Source: an uncultured bacterium
Lineage (GTDB): Bacteria; Myxococcota_A; Bradymonadia; UBA7976; VGTA01
Assembly (NCBI GenBank): GCA_943788935.1
Contig: CALSSE010000007.1
Location: forward strand, 227,871-291,870
Length of the DNA: 64,000 nucleotides
Direction: 5' to 3'
This document shows positions 58,439-64,000 of this stretch, in pieces; the stretch's first letter is position 1; every line of letters begins with the position of its first letter. Made by a program: the position numbers and the translations under genes. The notes beneath the pieces were generated by a model. The model saw only the letters and a list, made by a program, of their open reading frames with translations, was not told the origin of the DNA and did no database searches.

Positions 58439-60067
58439 CTATCGACTCTTGGTTGGAGAGGAACTTCTTTTTTGTCTCCTAGGATCAGGGGCTAATTTTG
58501 GCATATCGGGGAGCTTTTCTCGAGCTTGTTTCACTAGCTCTCTCGCCTTGAGTAGGACGACGAGGTTGGTCGGTATACAATAAAACCCCCGAGCCTCTTC
58601 CCGCCAAAACTGATAACCGCTTCTGACCCATTCTACTCGTCGCGCTCGCATTAAGATTAGTTGATGAGGCGTGAGAAGCGGAGGAGTGTTTAGGCGCTTA
58701 ATATGGCGTCTGAGGTGAGCTTCGAAGAGATCCATGAGCGGCCCCTCCTGACAAGATTGGTGGTGGGTAATCTCATCAAACCAATGAGCGAGGCGCAGAG
58801 GGTTAAGCGGGCGCCATGGCTGATCAGCCAAGGTGACTTGATCGAGAGTAGAGTGAGGCTCATGCTCCCAAGAGCCTCCTCCATTTTCACTATACTCAAG
58901 AATAAGAGAGGAGCGAGCGGTGGGGAGCTTAGTCCACTCGGTGTCTCGTTGAGTGAGTAAGAGTGGATAAAGACGGTGGGTTACACTTTCTTTAGGTCGC
59001 TCCCAACCGTATAAACCACTCCCTAAAACGCAGAGTAATATGACAATAGAGACCAGCGAGTAATAAGGAGTTGACGTGTCCTCTTGAGGAGGAGACCAGA
59101 GGAGATAACCCACCGCTAAGAGCAGCGGAGTCACGCTGAGGTGATCACTGAGACAGAGCCAACCGCCGATGTATAAGAGCGGCCATTTCACTAGACTTGA
59201 GGGAGAGAAACGCTCTAGAGAGAATCGCTTGGATAACTGGGCGTCTAGCCCTCGAGAGATCCTCATGTCAAGGCTGAGTGCACCGATAATCCATAGAGCG
59301 GTTCCTGACCATGAGGGGACACCCTCACCGCACCATAAGGCAACCGGGGTGATCAAGCACCACAGGATAGGCCAGAGCCGAATCTGCATAAAACAGGCTA
59401 AGGGACCCCAAGCGAGACTCGCTAACAGAGCCGCTGTCGTCGCTTGTCTAATCCATTGAGAGGTAGATGCAAAGCTCTCGGCGAGAGGGGTTGGAACTGC
59501 TGAGGTCCATCCCCAAAAATTGAGCCCTGCAAGTTGTCCCCATAGGTTCAAGGGATGCTGGAGGGCTATGTTGAGGGAAGGCCAAGCCCACAAGGCAAAT
59601 AGACCAGCGACCGCCCATCTTGAGGCTTGATGTTGTTGATCCCTCGCTGACGTCCTCACCAAGCATAGGGCGGTGAGAGCGATCAGTATCCGATCGGGCG
59701 TTTTGATGAGCTCAAACGGCAGTTGGCTCAAGGTGAGTCCTCCACCGACGAGCGTGATAAGGAGCCCTACAAAGAGAAACCGTGCGCTGACGAGCGCCAA
59801 AGCGCCTAGCACCCATAGTAAAGGAGCGAGGACGTCCAAGCCATTAATGAGCCGTTGAGCATAGGAATGAAAGATACCCGTCTCAGTGATCAATGCTTGA
59901 TCATTAACAAACCAAGAGGTGATGAGGATAAGATGGGCGATCCCGATGAGTCTTAGCGCCCATTGGTAACGATCAAAGAGTTTTGAGCTTAGACTATTTG
60001 CCATCATCATGTATCCCTGTAGAGATAGAGGTAGAGCGGAGATGACTAGCAAGTCCCAAGGCCTCAA
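58439..60067 (-). CDS. Polytopic membrane protein with a C-terminal soluble domain (hypothetical)
   Basis: It is a 542-aa ORF with ~10 predicted TM helices in the first 330 aa. No motif was recognised. Confidence 0.45.
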   Translation of the reverse strand: MRPWDLLVISALPLSLQGYMMMANSLSSKLFDRYQWALRLIGIAHLILITSWFVNDQALITETGIFHSYAQRLINGLDVLAPLLWVLGALALVSARFLFVGLLITLVGGGLTLSQLPFELIKTPDRILIALTALCLVRTSARDQQHQASRWAVAGLFALWAWPSLNIALQHPLNLWGQLAGLNFWGWTSAVPTPLAESFASTSQWIRQATTAALLASLAWGPLACFMQIRLWPILWCLITPVALWCGEGVPSWSGTALWIIGALSLDMRISRGLDAQLSKRFSLERFSPSSLVKWPLLYIGGWLCLSDHLSVTPLLLAVGYLLWSPPQEDTSTPYYSLVSIVILLCVLGSGLYGWERPKESVTHRLYPLLLTQRDTEWTKLPTARSSLILEYSENGGGSWEHEPHSTLDQVTLADQPWRPLNPLRLAHWFDEITHHQSCQEGPLMDLFEAHLRRHIKRLNTPPLLTPHQLILMRARRVEWVRSGYQFWREEARGFYCIPTNLVVLLKARELVKQAREKLPDMPKLAPDPRRQKRSSSPTKSR

Positions 60068-60117
60068 TCAAGTCTAGTGACCCGCTCCAGCGTTTTGAGT
60101 TATATGATCCTTCTCAT

Positions 60118-60918
60118 TTAGCTTGCTGGTTTAAGGTGGCCTGAGCGCTTCATCTTCCTCCAAAATCGCTTCATGATCTTATATTCATCGTCCACAAAGC
60201 CTCGATCCTTCATCGGAGGTGATCGCCTCGGCTTCTTATTCATTATACTGCGAAGATACTTACTGTGGGGGAGCCCAAAGTAATGACCGAGTTCATGGGC
60301 GAGGACCTTAGCTCTAGCGATCCGTGAAAGGATGACCCACCGACGACCTTTACGGTCTCTCGGATCTCTCCAATGGACACCTCTGATTTCAGTATCTTCG
60401 ACATCTACGTCTTCTAAACGATTGACAATAAAGAGCTCGATTTGACCCCGATGTAACCTCCTTTTGCCTCTCCCTAGAGCGGTACGCTGCGCGCGAGTCG
60501 CCATCACTGACTCGCTGATCGGTAAAGGCAGGTCATCTTGAATATAAAAGCAAACACCGATCTCCCTAAAGAGAGCGTTGGCCTCTGTGAGCTGCGCGGT
60601 GAGCCACAGGTCGTCAGTGCTTAAACCAGAGGGAGATGAGACAGAGGAGAGACGAGGTGTTCGGTGGATAAATAGACCTATCCTCTCTGTTTTTGGAGAG
60701 CATTTAGGGGTCCGTGTTGAGTGCCTAAGGGCCTCTGTCTTGCTCCACGCTTCTGTCTTGCCCCGCGCCTCTGTCTTGCCCCACGCTTCTGTCTTACCCC
60801 ATGTAGAGAGTATGACACAGAGAGCGATCGCGCTCAGTGTAAGATGAATATCGCTCGGATGACGGACTCTATTTTGGCTCGAAGCGCCTCGATGTCTAGT
60901 GATACATTTAGTGGGCAT
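60118..60918 (-). CDS. Metzincin-type zinc metalloprotease with an N-terminal (KTEAWG) repeat
   Basis: The motif is HELGHYFGLPHS (HExxHxxGxxH). A signal peptide is present. A 21-bp DNA repeat encodes GKTEAWGKTEARGKTEAWSKTEA. Confidence 0.65.
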   Translation of the reverse strand: MPTKCITRHRGASSQNRVRHPSDIHLTLSAIALCVILSTWGKTEAWGKTEARGKTEAWSKTEALRHSTRTPKCSPKTERIGLFIHRTPRLSSVSSPSGLSTDDLWLTAQLTEANALFREIGVCFYIQDDLPLPISESVMATRAQRTALGRGKRRLHRGQIELFIVNRLEDVDVEDTEIRGVHWRDPRDRKGRRWVILSRIARAKVLAHELGHYFGLPHSKYLRSIMNKKPRRSPPMKDRGFVDDEYKIMKRFWRKMKRSGHLKPAS

Positions 60919-61919
60919 CTGAGCGTCTTCTCTCTTTGACCTCTGCTAAGGTTGGGGGCTTACAACCGCTTCGCTCACAGTTGATCGAAGCAGCGATTGA
61001 GGCCATAAGACAAGCCTCCTCAATGTCATCTACAGTCAGTCTAGACTTAGCTTGGTGATGTTCTCTATTCGCTTGTAAAAATTGATATTGTTGGAGAAAA
61101 CACCCCATGAAAGTATCTCCTGCCCCCACGGTATCTTCAAGTGTAAAGAGAGGGTGAGCCCTCAGCGCTCTTCGAATATATGCCGGATCATCATTAGTGT
61201 GATCCGCTGACTTGACCCACATTATAACGCCCTCTGCCCCACGAGTGAGTAATAAGATGTCTGGCTGATAAGCGCTCAACAACGCTTCGCAAGACACGAT
61301 CTGTTCGGTGATACTTGTGACTTGATGATGATGACTCCACCATGAGAGATCTTCATCACTTAGCTTGATAAGATTAGAGGTGCTCATTATGCTCATGAGT
61401 CTCTCTCGATAGTTCGCTAGATCTTCGATGAGTAATGGCCTAATGTTTAAGTCGACGGAAGTAAATAACCCTTGTTCAGAGGCGAGCGCATAGAGCTCTC
61501 TCCAACATTCTCCATCGACTTCACCGGTGAGGGCTAATGAGCCTATATGAATCATGGAGGCGATCGTTCAAGTGAGTTCTCAAGCTCTCTCGAGTGACTA
61601 ACCGTTCTGCAGTCCCTTGTCGATAAAAGTGATAGCTCGCTGACCCTTCAGTTAAGGTGACCATCGCCAATGAGGTTGGAGCCTCTACTCGCCTCCCCAT
61701 CTGCTTTACACCGGCATCCTGGAGTGATCGTGATAGCTCTTCACCAAAGTGGTCCATTGACAGAGGCGTGAGATATCCGACCTCCGCTCCCATCAGACCA
61801 GCAGCGAGCGCTGTATTGTATGGAGAGCCGCCAAGGTGTGGTCTATAGATTATTGAGGCGTCTCGAGACTCCTCTGAGATCAGATCGATGAGGTTCTCAC
61901 CACCTACGACGAGCATCAA
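60908..61919 (-). CDS. PfkB-family carbohydrate kinase (fructokinase/ribokinase-like); the frame is broken near 61530
   Basis: The N-terminal piece is 61521-61919 (MMLVVGGENLIDLI...GGSPYNTALAAGLMGAEV). The C-terminal piece is 60908-61555 with the DTVGAGDTFMGCFL signature. The two pieces are in different frames. Confidence 0.7.
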
Positions 61920-62075
61920 GCCCCTCCTTTGTTCACGCTGATGAGCGCATACGTTTATAGTCGTCTTTCTTTGACTTAATACTTAACCACAGCGAGACGC
62001 TAGCGTCTACCGAACGCCTATGATAAAGACCCTCCAAGTCTTAATGTGATTATAACAACGCTAGAGGAGCGATCG

Positions 62076-64000
62076 ATGAGCCGAGATCAGTTTTACGTCA
62101 CAACCCCCATCTACTACGTCAACGATATCCCTCATGTGGGTCACGCCTATACGACTTTAGCTGCCGATACGCTCTCTCGGTGGCACTCTCTCTGTGGGGC
62201 TGATACCTATTTTCTGACAGGAACAGATGAACATGGCTTGAAGATTGAGCAGGCGGCGAGAGCTAAAGGGGTGAGCCCCCAAGAGCATGCTGATCGATTC
62301 TCCAAGCCTTTTCGGGACCTGTGTGGAGTGATTGACGCTCAAAATAGTGACTTTATCCGTACGACTGAGCCGCGACATCAACGTGTGGTTCAGGAGATGT
62401 GGAAACGTATGGAAGAGGCGGGTGATATTTATTTAGGTGAGTATGCGGGATGGTATAGCGTCAGTGATGAAGCTTATTTCACTGAAGAAGAGCTTGTAGA
62501 GGGAAAAGCCCCCACAGGGAGCCCTGTTTCTTGGGTGGTTGAGAAGAGCTATTTCTTTAGATTATCTAAATATACAGAGCCCCTACTCGCTCACATTGAG
62601 GCTCATCCTCAGTTTATTGTACCTACGAGTCGCGCCAATGAGATTAAGCGCTTTGTAGAGCAAGGTCTCAGAGATATTTCGATTAGTCGAACGAGCTTCT
62701 CCTGGGGGGTCCCTGTCCCCAATGATAAAGACCACGTCACTTATGTGTGGGTGGATGCTCTGACTAATTATATCAGCGCTTTAGGGGGAGCAAATGGCGA
62801 GCTATATGAACGTTATTGGTCTTCTGCTCACCATATTATTGGCAAGGATATCCTTCGCTTTCACGCCGTCTATTGGCCTTGCTTCCTCATGAGCGCAGGC
62901 CTCCCTCTCCCTCAGCAGATCATCGCCCATGGATGGTGGACTGTAGAAGGAGAGAAGATGAGCAAGAGCAAAGGTAACGCGATTGACCCTATCAAGGCAG
63001 TGAAGGCGGTAGGCGCAGACGCTTTTAGGTATTTCCTCCTCCGCGAGATCCCCTTTGGCTCAGATGGTGACTTCAGTCAAGCGGCGCTGATCACTCGCAT
63101 TAACAGTGAGCTAGCGAATGACTATGGGAACCTATTAAATCGTACGCTTGGGATGCTCAAAAAATATCGATCGTCTATTTTACCAGCGGCAGTGACACCG
63201 ACATCTCCGTTGTGGGGTGAGTTGGAGTCGACCTTATTAAGCGCGGTAGAGAAGGCGAGAGTAGAGCTCTGTACAGCGATGGACTCTTACAAGTTCCATG
63301 AAGCGCTTCGAGCGATTTGGACCGCGGTGAGCGCAGGAAATAAGTATGTAGACAGCGCTGCGCCGTGGACTCTCGCCAAAGCGGGAGAAGAGCGCGCTTC
63401 TGACCTTGATCGGGTCCTTTATTCACTCGTTGAGTTGCTCAGAGTGATCGGGGTGTGGACTTTACCTTTTCTTCCCGCTAAATCTCAAGAGCTCTTAGAG
63501 AGCATCAAGGTGCCTCAAGAGTCGTGGCGCTTTGACTCGACGACTGCTGATTCATGGGGGGTTTTAACCGGTGGTGAGACCTTAGCGAGCGCTCTCTCTC
63601 TTTTCCCTAGAGTTGAGGGCCCCTTAGAGCTCACTCGTCAAGCTCCAGTGATCGCGGTAGAGACAAGCGCAGAGGAGACGAGCGCAGGAGAGACCCACAC
63701 TGCAGAGCAAACCAGCACAAAAAAAGAGCTTAAGGCCTCTAAGCAAAAGTCCTCTAAGCAGAAGTCCTCAGGCTCATCAGCCTCTTCAACTATTGAGTTT
63801 GATGACTTCATGAAATGTGAGATTAAGGTGGGGTGTATTCGTGCTGCAGAAGCCCACCCTAATGCTGACCGACTCCTCAAACTTAGCGTAGATATTGGGG
63901 AGGAGGAACTACGAACAGTGTGCGCTGGGATCGCGTCAGCTTATCAAGCCTCTGAGCTCATCGGTCGGCGAGTAGCGCTCCTCGCCAATCTAAAACCTCG
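62076..64000 (+). CDS. metG: Methionine--tRNA ligase (continues past the window end)
   Basis: The motifs are YVTTPIYYVNDIPHVGHAYTTLAAD (HIGH-type) and KMSKSKGNAIDP (KMSKS). The C-terminal EMAP/tRNA-binding domain begins FDDFMKCEIKVGCIRAAEAHPNADRLLKLSV. Confidence 0.9.
   Translation, partial: MSRDQFYVTTPIYYVNDIPHVGHAYTTLAADTLSRWHSLCGADTYFLTGTDEHGLKIEQAARAKGVSPQEHADRFSKPFRDLCGVIDAQNSDFIRTTEPRHQRVVQEMWKRMEEAGDIYLGEYAGWYSVSDEAYFTEEELVEGKAPTGSPVSWVVEKSYFFRLSKYTEPLLAHIEAHPQFIVPTSRANEIKRFVEQGLRDISISRTSFSWGVPVPNDKDHVTYVWVDALTNYISALGGANGELYERYWSSAHHIIGKDILRFHAVYWPCFLMSAGLPLPQQIIAHGWWTVEGEKMSKSKGNAIDPIKAVKAVGADAFRYFLLREIPFGSDGDFSQAALITRINSELANDYGNLLNRTLGMLKKYRSSILPAAVTPTSPLWGELESTLLSAVEKARVELCTAMDSYKFHEALRAIWTAVSAGNKYVDSAAPWTLAKAGEERASDLDRVLYSLVELLRVIGVWTLPFLPAKSQELLESIKVPQESWRFDSTTADSWGVLTGGETLASALSLFPRVEGPLELTRQAPVIAVETSAEETSAGETHTAEQTSTKKELKASKQKSSKQKSSGSSASSTIEFDDFMKCEIKVGCIRAAEAHPNADRLLKLSVDIGEEELRTVCAGIASAYQASELIGRRVALLANLKP

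Noticed and set aside
1-64000. Mobile elements or prophage
   Set aside because: No transposase, integrase, recombinase, phage structural gene or terminal inverted-repeat pair was recognised. The duplicated nuclease/repeat-protein modules are diverged paralogs, not recent IS-like copies.
1-64000. tRNA/rRNA genes
   Set aside because: A visual scan of intergenic regions for T-psi-C loop signatures (GTTCGAATC-like) and acceptor-stem symmetry found nothing convincing. This cannot be excluded without tRNAscan or Infernal.

Overview
This 64-kb window looks like a moderate-GC (~50%, by eye) chromosomal region of a Gram-negative bacterium. The gene content suggests a Myxococcota- or Bdellovibrionota-like (deltaproteobacterial) lineage, which is an inference. 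Housekeeping genes (folD, uvrA, pbpC-like, lgt, murB, infC, metG, cutA, pepP, cyclophilin, lolC/E-like) are interleaved with three blocks of special interest. (1) A TonB-dependent receptor, tonB, exbD and exbB sit in the same orientation as a lipoprotein that fuses MopE-like Cys/Asp-rich metal-binding repeats to an FGE/SUMF1 domain, plus three envelope proteins. (2) The gene pair 'secreted SNase-like nuclease + Cys/Asp-rich repeat protein' occurs twice (13.9-17.7 kb and 38.8-42.9 kb). The repeat proteins are fused to PPC/P-domains or to an outer-membrane beta-barrel. (3) Five flagellin genes lie in tandem (27.5-36.0 kb), each monocistronic with its own sigma-28-like promoter and rho-independent terminator. 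Copies 2-5 share near-identical termini and a conserved 12-bp palindrome in the 5' UTR. Four of the five carry frameshifts in the variable central domain. The window also holds a truncated-hemoglobin / PAS-adenylate-cyclase / histidine-kinase signalling module, a MurB fusion protein, and an MBL-ComEA fusion. At least five intergenic minisatellites (14-22 bp units, 4-7 copies) were found. No tRNA, rRNA, CRISPR, transposase or integrase was recognised. About eight apparent frameshifts across the window suggest either true pseudogenes or an error-prone assembly.
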